64,000 nt of DNA from Macrostomum lignano (taxonomy: Eukaryota), in assembly GCA_002269645.1 (NCBI GenBank), contig NIVC01003272.1, forward strand, positions 1,989 to 65,988. The letters are read 5' to 3'. Made by a program: the position numbers and the translations under genes. This document shows, one piece after another, positions 21,668 through 34,997 of this stretch. The notes under the pieces are model-generated. The model did no database searches, was not told the DNA's origin, and saw nothing but the letters and a program-made list of their open reading frames with translations. How positions within the stretch are numbered: the first letter of the stretch is position 1; each line of letters opens with the position of its first letter.

Positions 21668-23238
21668 GGGATAGGGACGTTTGCCTGCGGGACGTTTGCC
21701 AGCCGACGTTTGCCTGCGGGACGTTTGCCAGCCGACATTTGCCAGCCGACGTTTGCCAGCCGACGTTTGCCAGTGGGACGTTTGCCAGCCGAAGTTTGCC
21801 TGCCGGACGTTTGCCAGCCGACGTTTGCCTGCGGGACGTTTGCCAGCCGACATTTGCCAGCCGACGTTTGCCAGCGGACGTTTGCCAGTGGGACGTTTGC
21901 CAGCCGACGTTTGCCTGCCGGAAGTTTGCCAGCCAAAATTTGCTAGCCAATATAAAGCCAGTCAGTGAAAAATTTGATACTGAAACATTCGCAGTTTAGC
22001 GGTTTGACAAAAACCGTTTTTACTCCAACTTTTTGACGGTTATTCGCATGTATACAAGTTTGAAAGCAAAATATATAAATTATGCAGTTCATCAGTCTAA
22101 CGTCTAATATCTAGTTTAACAACGATTTTGGCACAACATATCAAAAGATGAACATTGGGTTTGCCTCGTATGAAAGCAATAACAATTTTTGTGCTGAAAA
22201 GATGAAAACTTCCTATCTCCCTATGGCCTTCAAAACATTTTTCATAGATTTCGAGTGCTGCGTACTTCTACTTTAGTAGTCCTTGGCATGACTAAGCTTT
22301 GCATACGTAGTGTCTAGCGCTTGCTATTCTACTAGCTTGCTACTGGCGGCTTGTCTGGCTATTCAGCTATATAGCTTACTATAAAAACGTACCGCATTCG
22401 ACTCGTCTACACATGTACGTTGAGATCGCGGTTTCCTTGCTTACTTGAGTAGTAATACAACAGCATTGGAATCAATTTGCTTACTTTTAGATCTCCCAAT
22501 GAACTGAGAAATATATGAGCCAGAATTACCGCTCAGCAGCTCTTTTTGTTTGCCTCATAACTTAATCGCTGGAGATTCCCGTTGTAATCTGCGCGTCTTC
22601 TTTCGCACATCAAAAATCAAACATCTCAAACTGGGAAAAACGATACACAATTGTCAAAAGTAAACAATATTTTCACATTCAAAGAAAATCGTTGTTAAAC
22701 TGGATATTAGATGTAATTATAATTTAATTACTTTTAAATGTGAAAATTTAAATTTAATTTAATTTAATTTAATTTAATTCATAATTTATAGATTTTGCTT
22801 TCAAACTTGTATATATGCGAATAACCGTCAAAAAGTTGGAGTAAAAACGGTTTTTGTCAAACCGCTAAACTGCGAATGTTTCAGTATCAAATTTTTCACT
22901 GACTGGCTTTATATTGGCTAGCAAATTTTGGCTGGCAAACTTCCGGCAGGCAAACGTCGGCTGGCAAACGTCGGCTGGCAAACGTCCGGCAGGCAAACGT
23001 CGGCTGGCAAATGTCGGCTGGCAAATGTCGGCTGGCAAATGTCGGCTGGCAAACGTCGGCTGGCAAACGTCGGCTGGCAAACGTCCCGCAGGCAAACGTC
23101 CGGCAGGCAAACTTCGGCTGGCAAACGTCCCGCTGGCAAACGTCGGCTGGCAAACGTCGGCTGGCAAATGTCGGCTGGCAAACGTCCCGCAGGCAAACGT
23201 CGGCTGGCAAACGTCCCGCAGGCAAACGTCGTAGACCC
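21668..23238. mobile_element. Foldback/Mutator-like non-autonomous element with about 450-bp TIRs made of tandem subrepeats
   Basis: The left arm (gacgtttgccagcc array plus unique 21,940-22,085) is the reverse complement of the right arm (22,780-23,230). Flanked by aatagtaag at 21659-21667 and 23239-23247 (9-bp TSD). Confidence 0.8.
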
Positions 23239-23384
23239 AATAGTAAGGACCCCCCCCCCCCCAGATACAATAGCAAGCATACTCTAGATAGCAAGCATCC
23301 CCCAGATAGCAAGATATCAAGCATCCTGAAGATAGCAAGCATTCACCAGATAGCAAGTAGCTAATGCAAATATTTCTTCTGCTA

Positions 23385-23750
23385 ATGTAATAATCACTTT
23401 CTCAGGTAGTGCAATAATCCATGTCTCAGCCAGCACAATAATCCTGTTCTCATCTAGTGCAATAATACTTTACTCATCCAGTGCAAAAATCGATTTCTCA
23501 GCTAGTGCAACAATCCTTGGCTTACCAATTGCAATAATCCTTGGCTATCAAGTGCAATAATCCTTGGCTTATCAAGTGCAATAATCTTTGTTTTATCAAG
23601 CGCAGTAATCCTTGGTTTATCAAGTGCAATAATCCTTAGTTTATTAAGTGCAGTAATCCTTGGTTTATCAAGTGCAGTAATTTTTGGTTTATCAAGTGCA
23701 GTAATCCTTAGTTTATCAAGTGCAATAATCATTGGTTTATCATCTAGCGC
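23385..23750. repeat. 24-bp minisatellite
   Basis: Unit agtgcaataatccttggtttatca, more degenerate at the left edge. Confidence 0.85.
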
Positions 23751-23841
23751 CATAATCCAGGTCTTTTTAATTAGTCCCTTAATAAAAGCTTTCAATAAAA
23801 ATTTACACTACTTTTTTATATACTACTAAGATTCAAACCCA

Positions 23842-24211
23842 AGGGGGGCCATAGCCCAGCAGTAGTGCAGCTGCTCTTAGTGTGCCAGCAACCCAGGCTT
23901 GATTCCAAGTGCAGTCACATTAATTTGGGGCTGAATTGGAATCTCAGCTTGGCTCTGCTTATGCAATTAACAGCCTTGAGAGCCAACCCCCCCCCCCCAA
24001 GGCGCAGTGAAGTATACATGCCTAACAATAATATAAAGTTAGGGCCGCTGTACACTCCTGTGTGAGTGTGTGCCTGCATACGTATCCGCACGCTTGTATG
24101 CCTGCTCAAGGGAGTTGGTGGAATGGGCAGTAATGCATCTTACCAGTTGTGTGCCTATGTCACTTAAATTGTGCCAGGGTGCACACAACCCCCTTGCCTC
24201 TAATAAAAAAA
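23842..24211 (+). mobile_element. tRNA-derived SINE
   Basis: 5' GGGGCCATAGCCCAGCAGTAG (A-box-like) and GGCTTGATTCC (B-box-like). 3' AATAAAAAAAAA tail. 14-bp TSD aagattcaaaccca at 23828-23841 and 24212-24225. Confidence 0.7.
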
Positions 24212-25504
24212 AAGATTCAAACCCAGGCTGTTGCATTAGCAGTCCAGTGTGTTCACATCTAGGCTAGCTCTCATTGAAATTATAAATGAATCTGTAGCAC
24301 TTATAATTCAACACTCATACCAATTTCTTAGGCAAGTCAGTACCAGTCTCTATTAAAGTTACTAATATGGTTACGCAATATAAATCAAGTATTTATTCTA
24401 CTATGCTTCCACACTGCATTTTCAATACTGTGACTGTGACACAATTCAATTCAGTGTCAAAATTCAGCCAGTACATAGATGTGATGCAATCTATTTCAGA
24501 ATCAGAATTCAATCAGTCAGTTTTTTCTCTAGCATTCTTACAATGTATTTCAAGTTAAAAGTTCTGCTTGCAAAACAGCATGTTTTTCAAATATTTAATC
24601 CCTTTAGCATTGAGCAATTTCTTAGGCACATTGCATGTACCATCATAGAAAATTTTTTTATCAAACAGTACAAGTTCAAAGAAAATTTGTTTAGCCATTT
24701 TTTCTAAAATTGATCGCATACCTAGATAGATACTGATAGACCATTTTTAGCATATGAATATTTTGCAAGGGCTCTATGATATTTTTGAAAAGATTTTGGC
24801 AAATCAATCACAAAAGTAATTAATGTTTTTAGCATCTTGATAGCAATTTTATAGCAATGTATTATATATCCTGGTGAATATAAAAAAGTTATAGGCATAA
24901 TACATAGAAATATTGTACTTAATATTTGAAAAAAATATTAAAATTAAAAACTAAGTAATAATTATAGGATAAAATAACTGTAAACTGAGAGAAGGCGAGA
25001 GTTAAGCGAGACCAAAAACACACAAAGTGGCTAAAGCCACGCGCAACAATTTATATATTTGCAATGTACATCAATGTACATTACGATTATTTGCAGATGA
25101 ATACCTCCAACCCTATAACAACCACACAACAGTGAAAACATTCATAACGCTTCCATAACAAATAGGAAATAAGCTTTAACCTTATAAATAAAAAAAATAG
25201 AAGTAACAACTAGATATAAAATTAATGAATAAGTTACAAGCTTGTTTATCTTAAAATAGAAAATAGTAAAGTAAAACTAACAAAAGGGTAAAAGTAAAAA
25301 ACCTCTCATGCCTTGTTAGGTCTTAATAGCCTGTATTATGCATTATATGTTAAACAAGTCACTTAAAAAAGTAACATACATTATATTATGAGATTACTAT
25401 AATTCAACTTCTTATAAGTTATCACTTTTTTTAAATTAGGGCCTAGGCCTAGCTTATGTTAGCACTAGCATTATTGGTAAATTTTGAGTTAGGCCTACAG
25501 TCAT

Positions 25505-27251
25505 TTACCAGGGGCTTGTGGTCCGTGAAGACCGTCACATTGCGGCCCTCAATCAAGCTCCGGAAATGCAGCACTGCCAGATAGACGGCGAGAAGCTCTC
25601 GGTCGAACGCTGAGTACTTCTGCTGCGCAGCCGTCAACTTCTTGCTGAATAGGCCAATTGGTGTCGAGGTCTCGCTGGACGCTTGATGAAGCGCGGCGCC
25701 GATGCTGGTGGATAAAGCGTCCGTGACCAGGCTGTAGGACTCACAGTTTGGGTCCGGGTGCTGAAGCAGCAGTCGCTCAGCCAGGCTCTCCTTGAGTCGC
25801 CTGAACGCCTCTTCTTGGACTTGTCCCCAGGTGTAGGCTCGCGGTGAACGTCGTGCCAATGTAACGAGATCTTGCAGCGGTGCGGCGATGTCAGCGAAGT
25901 GCGGGATGAACCGCCGATAAAAGCCAATGACTCCGAGAAATCGCCGTAACGCGTTCGGGTCCTTGGGCGCCGGCCACTGCTGAATGGCGTCTACCTTGGA
26001 GGCAATCGGGCGGATACCGTTGGCTGAGACGTGATGCCCTAGGAACGTGACTTCCGGTTGCATGAAAACGCATTTGGCCAGCTGCACTTTGAGTCCGTAG
26101 TGGTCCAATCGTGACAGGACAGCTTCCAGGTGTTACAGGTGCTCCTCTTCGCTCACAGATGCTACCAGGAGGTCATCGATGTAGGAGATGGCGAAAGGGA
26201 GCCCGCGGAGCACACCGTCGATGAACCGCTGAAAGGTTTGCACGGCGTTCCTCAGGCCGAATGGCATCCGGGTCCACTCGTACAACCCGAATGGCGTGAC
26301 TATGGCGGTCTTGTGAATATCTTCTTCGGCGATCGGGATCTGATGGTACGCTCTCACCAGGTCGAGCTTCGAAAAGACTTTCGCACCGTGCAGGCTCCTC
26401 GTGAAGCACTGGATGTGAGGAATCGGGTACTTGTCTGGCTTGGTCAACCGGTTGAGCTGCCGATAATCACCGCATGGTCTCCACTTGCCGTTCGGAACAC
26501 CGTCGTTCTTCTTTGGCACCATGTGCAGCGGTGATACCCAGTTGCTGGACGAAGGTCGCAGGTATCCGGCATCGTTCAGCTGCTGGAACTCATTCTTCGC
26601 GATGGCTAGTTTCTCAGGGTGCAGCTGCCTGGCCTTGGCGTGAGTCGGTTGATGCTCGCCGGTAACGATGACGTGACGCGTGTCGTGCTTGACCTCTTCG
26701 GCTGGTGGCAGGCGACCTCCCTCCACGTATGTGAAGGTGTCTTTGAAGCGGTCAATGAGCTGACGGACCCGCTGATCGCAGTTGTCGGGGTACGCCAAGG
26801 AAACGCTGAAGGTGTCGAGCTGCATCGCGGCAACCGGCAGCGTCTGCGTGCGAAGCTTTGTTTCAGGATCGACCAGCTGGCGTGTCTTGCAGTCGACGAG
26901 CAATCCATAGTGCGATAGGAAGTCATATCCCAGTATGGGCTGAACCACGGCGGCGACCAAGAAGGTCCAGCGGAACGAGCGGCGCAGGCCTCGAATAGCG
27001 ACATCGAGCGTGACTTCTCCAGCAACCGGGATTGGAGCACCTGTGGCGGTGGTTAAGCGGAATCCAGTCGCTTGGAAGGCCTGGCGTAGATACTTTGATG
27101 GGATGATGGATGCTGCGGCACCAGTGTCGACGAGGAATGCAAGGACTTGGCTGTTGAAGGTCAGATCTACCACCAGGAAGGCTTGGTTTGCCGCTCTATC
27201 GCTGATGGCGCTGCTTACTGCGGCGTGTTGGGCAGCGCCGCCCAGTTTTCC
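25505..27251 (-). pseudogene. Gypsy pol (protease, RT, RNase H) with one premature stop
   Basis: [52 protein letters not shown], then an in-frame TAA (26133-26135), FLGH, LVTDA and VFTDHKPL. Confidence 0.9.
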
Positions 27252-28144
27252 GGATCGCGACGCACAGGCGAGTTAGAGCGAGACTGGGCGGGCGTTGACT
27301 CGCGGTTGCTAAGGACGCGTGGCTGGTGCCCCGGCAACTTCGGAAACTGACACCACCGGCGGCATGTGCGCGCCTGCAGGCCATAGAAGACGTGCGCGCG
27401 GCAGACGACTGGACGTTGACCGGATCGGAACGGCGGCACGTCGTTGCGAGGTGGTCTCCGTGTCGCAGCTGAGCTTTGGGTTTGCTGAGCTGGGATAGCA
27501 GCGACAGGCTGCGCTGCTCCGAGCTGTCCTACTGCGTTGACCTTCCCGCCGGTACTCTGGACGCTGAACATTGCGTCGGCGATGGTGGCGATCTCCATAG
27601 GGGATTGGCCTTGGAAGCCCAACAGTGCGATGCGGAACTCGCTGGGTAGGCAGCGGAGCAGGGTTGCTTTGACCATATCAGGGCACACCGTAGGATTTAG
27701 TCCGCACTGCGACATCTTGGCGACCAGTCACTGCAGAAAGATCGAAGGTTTATCTCCGCCGAGGTCTGAGGTTGCCAGAATTTCATTGATTTTTTCTTGT
27801 TGGCTCTTCTGCAGCATGTTGCAGACGCCTTTCTTCAGGTTGGTGTAGCTCTGCGCATTAGCTGACGACAGCGAATCTCTGGACAGGAAGACCGAGCCGA
27901 TGTCCTTGGGTAGATGGGCAACCAGATGAAAAAACTTAGTTTTCTCAGAGGTGATGTGCGCTAAGTTAAACTGCGCCTCCAGAGTGCAGAACCACACTTC
28001 TGGATTTGTCCGATAGAAGGGTGGTGGCTTGACAGCCACAGCTGCCACTGCTGGGTTACCAGTTGGCGCAGAGTCGTCGTTCGCGGCATCCTGCTGACCC
28101 TGGAGTGTGTCGACTTCGGGTTGAATCGAGTCTTCGTTGGACAT
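27215..28144 (-). pseudogene. Gypsy gag with one premature stop
   Basis: VKPPPFYRTNPEVWF, LGGDKPSIFLQ, in-frame TGA at 27728-27730, and the C-terminal CRAHVFYGLQARTC knuckle-like motif. Confidence 0.8.
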
Positions 28145-31100
28145 TTGAGGTGTCGCCTCACCGGACCAATTGTAGCAATAGTTGATGAAGATAAAGAGCA
28201 AAGGCGGTGGTTCTGTGTTTGCTGTATGAAAAGAATCACTTAAAGAGTTGAAGTACTTACGTTACATTTATTTATAGTACTAAACTGAGTATAACTGGAA
28301 ATTTTTAGAAGTTTCATTAGTTACAACAAAATTAAATATTTTAAATGCTATTACATAACACTACTGTACAAATGCATTCATAAATATGACAACAATAAAT
28401 TTTATACCTAATATTAAGCAGTAAAACTAACATTTGATTAAACTAAAGGAAATTTCTGGAATAAACTTTAACTTTGCACTAAAAAAATAATTTTTGAAAA
28501 TTCTGATTCTAAAAATAAATCTAGCATACATGTACTTTCTAAGATTGATACCTTACGCTACATACTCACTTCTGCTACTCATTTTTAGGCCAACAATTTT
28601 TTTTCACTTTTAAAATATATTGCAATACAATGCAATACAATTAGTATTGCAATACTATAGAAACAACATAGACAATTGCCAAATTGATTACTTTTCTAAG
28701 AAAAAGTAGGCCTAGGCCTACTATATAAAAATGTGCATTTAGCAAATTTTCTAGCATTTAGTGTTTGTTTAAGTCATTATTAGTTTATTAGGCCTAGTTG
28801 TCAACAACATTAAAAAGCAAAATGTCTATTTAACAGTGCTGGCATTCTGTTAGGTAGGTATATCAATTTTGTTTCACTATTGCATTTGTCCAATCATTGC
28901 ATTGTCATTAATTAATTTGTTGAGAGCATAAAAAGCACATACTGATGCCGATGGGCCTAATTAATATAAATGATATCACATTGATTCATGTAAATTTCAA
29001 GAAGCCTGAATTTTGATGCCAATGGGGGATGATTTCGAAATATAATTTATCCGTAAATAAATCTGAATTTTTCAATGAGATTTCAACTGGTAAAATAAGG
29101 GAAATACTTAAAAACTGATGCAATAGCCTACAAATAGAACATCATCTACAATAAAATTTATCCAAACTCATGACTCGTGATAGTTACTTGCTTTCTTTGA
29201 AAATACAATTTTGAAGCAACGCAAAAACGTTTGGATTTTGCAAACTACGCATAACACGACACGATGTATAACACAATGCATTTTCTTCCTAAGCTGATTC
29301 TAGTTTTCGATTTTTTTTAAAAAGTAGTTTGATCCTATATTAATAAATTTAAATCCTGAGAGTTAGCGAAGATTTTAGTTGACTGACCATTTTTTTACTT
29401 TTCAAACGTCGATGGGTACAGTTTGTTTGGCAATGGCCTATTCTGCTGGTGATGGTGCCCACTCTAACGGCGATAGTGTCCATATTCTATAGGTGATGGC
29501 GCCCATGCTTCCGGCGATGGACAAACAAAAATTTTAGTAGTACTATACACGCTCCGGCCTGGTAGCCCACTAGGTCTCAATTCTCACCTAACGGGTACAC
29601 ACCTGAGCCTCACTGCTGTTGTTTGGTTTCACGTAAAAAGCATGCTTATTACCTACATACTTTCCTGAGATACTTCACCATCACCTGTCTAGCACTGGCC
29701 CCATAAGTCGTTGCAGGCGATGGGGTAAAGCATTAGTGTGAATTTATAAGTTGACAAAAGATGCTTGAATTCGATCTTTTGATCCACATGTAGCATCAAT
29801 CGACAGCCTGCTGGTTTCGCAAAACAAACTTGAAATGTAAAAAATCAAATGTGTTAATCTTATTCTGAATCAATTCTGATTAGTGCGATCGCAATGAGAA
29901 TTTTGCGATTCGCAGGGAACATAGCATTGCCAAGACCATTTTATTTGTTTGTTTGAGGAAAAGAAAACGCAGTCATAAACTTTACAAAGCTCCTTAAAGT
30001 TGAAATAAAGTCGAAATCCGAATATCAGCACTTTTAGTGGAAAATTTCTCAGGAGTCGCGCCAATAATTCAAACAAAAAAGCTGCGGCAGCGGACGACGG
30101 CAATGGGGCAAAATGTCGTCCTTTCACCGCCGCCAGCCCCAACATTAATGAAATGAGGCAAGACAATACAAAGATTTGTATTGCACATAAAGCAAAAACT
30201 ACATGTACACCACCTCAGCGCTGAAACCGAAGTCCATAAGGAACTGTGTGAATGTTGTGATTTTCGAAAATAGTGAATTTAGTGAGCGAGTACGAGCGTA
30301 AACGCAAGTTATAATACAAATTATAACATAATAGCTCGTGCGAGTAATAGCATAAAAATAATACTATAATGCTACTTTTAAAGAAAAAGCGCAAAAAATT
30401 GAAAAACAATAATGACTGTGGATGGTCAGGGGAAAAGCAGAACTAAAGTTAAAATATTAGTAAGCAATTAATTGATTCGTGAAAACTTTCACGAGAATTG
30501 CTGATAGAACTACTTAGCAACTGGGCCATGTAAACTGAACCCAATTTTAGGTTGGTTAATTAATAAAAAACAGGTTAGCGACTGCTCAGTAAAACTGTTG
30601 GTAGAAGCTTTTTAGAGATGGAAGCGAATGAATCGAACGCTAACTAATCGGAAATGAAATATATTTAATGTAAACTGACAGGAATAAATGCTCAATACTA
30701 TGACAACAGAGAAGACGTGACTATAAATTACAAACCATAACGCGCCATAAGCAGGTCACAGAAGTGAATAATAATTATTGAGATGCAATTTACACACGCC
30801 TTGTAGAAATCATGGGCCGCGTGCACAAGTCACGAATGTACTCAATTAGAGCTTTGTGAGCAAATGCTTTAACCCACTTGTTAGACTGAGAGCAAAGATA
30901 TTGTGCTTTTTGATAGCTATTTAACATTTATATACATGACAACAGATCTCTGCTGTGTCTCACTGACTAGTGAGGAATACTATGGTGCAGCAGCCAAAAG
31001 CGGCTAAATTTACTGCCTCACATTGTCTCTAAATGGGGGCAAGTTGAAGTTCGAATCAGCAAAAGAAAGCAGATAGACGTTCAGTCAGTGGAGCAACCTG

Positions 31101-31371
31101 AAATTCGGTGAGGGAGGGGGTGGATTCCAAGGCAGAGGGAAGCGGGCTTGTATTTTGGCAAAACTCGCTTGCAATTTTTTCATTTCCGCCGAAGGGGGAG
31201 GTGGGAGGTGGTCCACCACCTGGTTAAGCCGCTGCAAACGCTAATAGACTAGAAAGGCTGTAGCCAGCTGCAAAGCAAAATGGACATTTCACTACCCCGC
31301 TTATTGCAAAGAAAAGCCATTGCTAGATTAGATAGATATAATAAACAGAATACGCCATTCAGTACATCCGT

Positions 31372-32160
31372 TTACTGCTGGTGAGCCAAGCTGAGCTCCC
31401 CGGTGTGTCTGATGTGCGAGTCCACGCAAGATAACGCTATGCCCAGCTGGGCTAGGTAGTAGGTTGCCATGACAAAGGCGTGAGCAGCAGGCAGCGGCAC
31501 CAGGAACTTGTCGATGACCAGAGAGAGGTCACTGGCAACGAAAAGTACGGCACCAAGCAGGGCGCTGACGGAGGTCCAGGCGCCGCTGTTCAAACGGGCC
31601 GAGGCGCGCCACAGCATGGTGAAGATGAGACAGGTGTACAGCAACCCGATGCAACGCAAAGACAGTCCGTGTACCTGCAACAGGTAAAATTTTGGCATGG
31701 ACCAACATTATTGCACACCGCAGCTAAGACAACAGTTCGCTGGGACAAAAATACTGGCCAGACCAGCTCTTACGGATGGGATTATGCAGGCATAGATCAG
31801 GGAGCCGGCAGCAGCCATGAAGCAGCCGAGGCGACGGCTCGGGGGCTGCATGCCGAATGCCAGTGTATAGCACAGCTGGGCCGCAGCGAAGCTGGCTACA
31901 CCAGCCAGGAAGCCGTCCTCGAAGACCAGCGCAGCATCTCCTAGGGCGGATAGCAACAGGCCAAGGGTGATGCGACGGTTGTAGGCAAAGATGTTTCCCC
32001 TAGCAACGCCCAGGCTGAGCACAAATCCGATCAGGCAGCAGACGGGAGCGAGCTTAAATGCAAGGTAGACAAGGCCTCTAGGTACTTTCTCGGGGTATAG
32101 GATGAAGAATGCAGCTGCCGTTTTCAAGAACGGTACCAGGCGCGGGCCGACACTCTTCAT
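31372..32160 (-). CDS. TMEM86: Lysoplasmalogenase TMEM86/YhhN family membrane protein (two exons seen; a short upstream exon is possible)
   Basis: Exons 31774-32160 and 31372-31674 around a 99-bp GT-AG intron. Motifs MKSVGPRLVPFLK, GLLLSALGDAAL, MLWRA, GAVLFVASD and MATYYLAQLGIALS. Confidence 0.88.
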
Positions 32161-32729
32161 CTGTGTAGAGGACAAGATATGGTGCTTTCAAAATAACTGG
32201 ACAACATAGTAATAAGATTCTATAAGTTAGTACTAGGGAATTAACAATTTCTAGTTGACCCCAGAAAAACATTTATAAAATTTTGTTGATAGCCACAACA
32301 ATTACATATACTATATAGTATAAGGTGGCAAAACAAAAAAAATAATATTATAAGCAAAAATTTATTGCAATTTTTTAGCATGTTATAGGTATATAATATA
32401 CTAAAAACAATTCTTGATGTTGTATTGTATATTTATATATATACTTATATAAAGTTAAGAAATATACTCTACATTCCATAGAGTTGGCTTCTATAAAGTA
32501 CATATCTTAACAAATTTAATTAGCATAAATACCTAAGTTGATACACTGTAGCAACCAAAGTTCGCTAATTAACAGTAGGAATAACAAGCCATTCTTCTGC
32601 CCATTGAACTAGCCAGAGAGGGGGAATTCCCCCTGACAATTTTTTGCTGCGCCATAATGGAGCAATGCAGGCACACAAAATTCAAGAACATGAGCTAACT
32701 TTTTATTGCGCACCTTTTCAAACAGGAAT

Positions 32730-33875
32730 CAAGTCGCCAACCTTCTGGACTGTCAAGATATTTGACAATTCTGCCAGAAGGTCAGATCCCTCCTATAAGC
32801 GCCAATGTATATAGTACACCCCTGTGCACCTGAGTACAGCCTTGCCAAGCCTCCAAATTTCATCAGCACATCGACCACATGTGTCTGCACTGCATCAGCT
32901 GTGACTTCGTTGATCATTGACCTTCACCCAGGCGGAGCTTCTGGACCTTCAACAGGTGGCACCAGGTGCCTATAAACACTCTGGTATGAATTTCTCTAGT
33001 TTCGCTGATCAAGCCTCGACAGAGGACAAGCCTCGATTGCTGAACATTCTCAGCTAGTCTCTCAAGTATTCTGTCATCACCTGGATGCCATTGGCACCTT
33101 CAACAGATTACACCAGGTGACTAGGAACACCATGATGCAAATTTCTTTGATGTCACTGATCAAGCATCAACAATGGGCAAACTCCAACCCCTGGTCACTC
33201 TCAGCCAGACTCTCAAACAGACTATCATTACCGCCATAATGATGGAAATTTGATTATGTAATTAGCTAATTGAATCATAAATTGAGCCAAATTTTTGCCA
33301 AGAGAAAAAACAAAAAGTATCAAATTATCTGTATGGACTCAAGATCAATTAAAAGTAACTAAATTGCTTAAGGAATAATAAAGTAATCTATTTTGGGTGT
33401 CCATAGTCATGTTTTTGTTCCTTGAAGGTTCCAATGGCGTCGGGGTGATTAGTGAATGCTTGAGAGACTATCTAAGAATGCCCAGCTGTTGAGGCTTGCC
33501 CACTGTCAAGGCTTGATCAGCAAAACTAGAGAATTTGTCCATAGTCACCTGGTACCACCCGTTGAAAGTGCCGATGGCATCCGGGTAATGATGGAATGCT
33601 TGAGAACTAGCTGAGAATGTCCAGCAGTTGAGGCTTGCCAACTGTCAAGGCTTGATCAGCAATACTAAAGAAGTTTGCATCAGAGTGTTCATAGTCTCCT
33701 GTTGTTGAAGGTGCCAACAGCATCCAAGTGATGATGGAATGCTTGAGAGACTAGCTGAGAATGTCCAGCAGTCAAGGCTTGCCCACTATTGTGTACTGAA
33801 TACACTGGAACTTATGAGAAAAATCCAACCTTCTGGCAGAATCATTGAATATCTTGACAGTCTGGATAGCTTGCA
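32730..33875. repeat. Large imperfect inverted repeat built from about 135-bp subunits
   Basis: 32,730-33,215 pairs with 33,420-33,875 in reverse complement, e.g. tgtcaagatatttgacaattctgccagaagg / ccttctggcagaatcattgaatatcttgaca. Confidence 0.75.
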
Positions 33876-34997
33876 ACTAAATAATCAGCTAGTTGACCAT
33901 TTATAGCTATTACTAGACCTAAATCTCTTTCTTTAAACTAAATTATAAAAGTATTTAATAGATAAACTTTTTATCTCATTAAATGAGATAGAAAATCATA
34001 AAAATAATAGGATTAATATTTATAATTGACTATATACCAGTATGGCTTTAGTAGATTAATATAGGTGATATGAATATGATACTATATTGGTCATATTATA
34101 GATTTCCATGCTAAATTATTTTACACTATTTTACACATATTTTAAATATGGCATGGTGACCTATAGCACTTAGGACTATTGTCAACCTATATCAGGCCTG
34201 CTATGGAACTAAGGTTTTTTCAAAAACAAATGTCAGTGGCTGAATATCTTTACTTAAGCAAATGTAGCAAACCTAATTTTTTGCATGTTTTACATTGCTA
34301 TACAGTGATTTATCAGTTGAAAATTCAAGTCAATACTGAAATAGGCATTGTTTATTACTAAAACAGTTTCTTATAAAAATCATATTTCAAAATTATGCCA
34401 TTTCTTATACTGTATGAATATTAGAAATATTTTGCATATTCTGTATATGCTACGAGTATATATTGTTGTTTTGTTTTAAACAGCAAAGGAAATTTTAGTA
34501 TAAATAGGAGTCAGTTGGAGACTAAACCAAATAAATTGTGTTAACTTCTCTTTGTATTATTATTCTTGTTTCTTGCTTTTGAGCTTTAAAGTTAGAAACA
34601 GAAGTAAATTAGCCTCAGGGCTTATGTTTGCTTGGTTGTGTTATTTATTTTGAGTAGTAGATAGTGAACCTAGGAATAGTCCCAAGAATGGGAGAATTCG
34701 ATCTGTCCTTAGAGAACAAGACATCCAGATTTAAAATCAGAGAAATTGTCTTAGAAGGCAGAAATCCTACCACAGGGTAGAGTAATCTAGATTCAGAGTC
34801 TAAGAAACCTATCTTGGGGCAGAATAACTAGCAAGTAAGCTATGACCTTCTGATCCTAGGAATGCCTAGGACTGAGAGAATAAGATTCCTTAAAGGAGAA
34901 TAAGGATAGAGTAGACAGTGCCATAAGAATGCTAAAGCCAAAAATATATTACATATATAGACTACTAATAGGGTAGTTCCACAAGAGATGGTCATTA

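Larger units (their letters stand above)
25505..28330 (-). mobile_element. Gypsy/Ty3 LTR retrotransposon, 3'-truncated (no integrase or 3' LTR seen)
   Basis: gag, then protease, RT and RNase H in order. PBS-like TGG (plus strand ...ggacca, ending 28168) next to an LTR starting tgtagca at 28171. The LTR outer end is not determined. Confidence 0.9.

Noticed and set aside
21352-23795. Repetitive ORFs (AGKRRLANV, ALDKPRII)
   Set aside because: Translations of minisatellites, open in several frames and on both strands.
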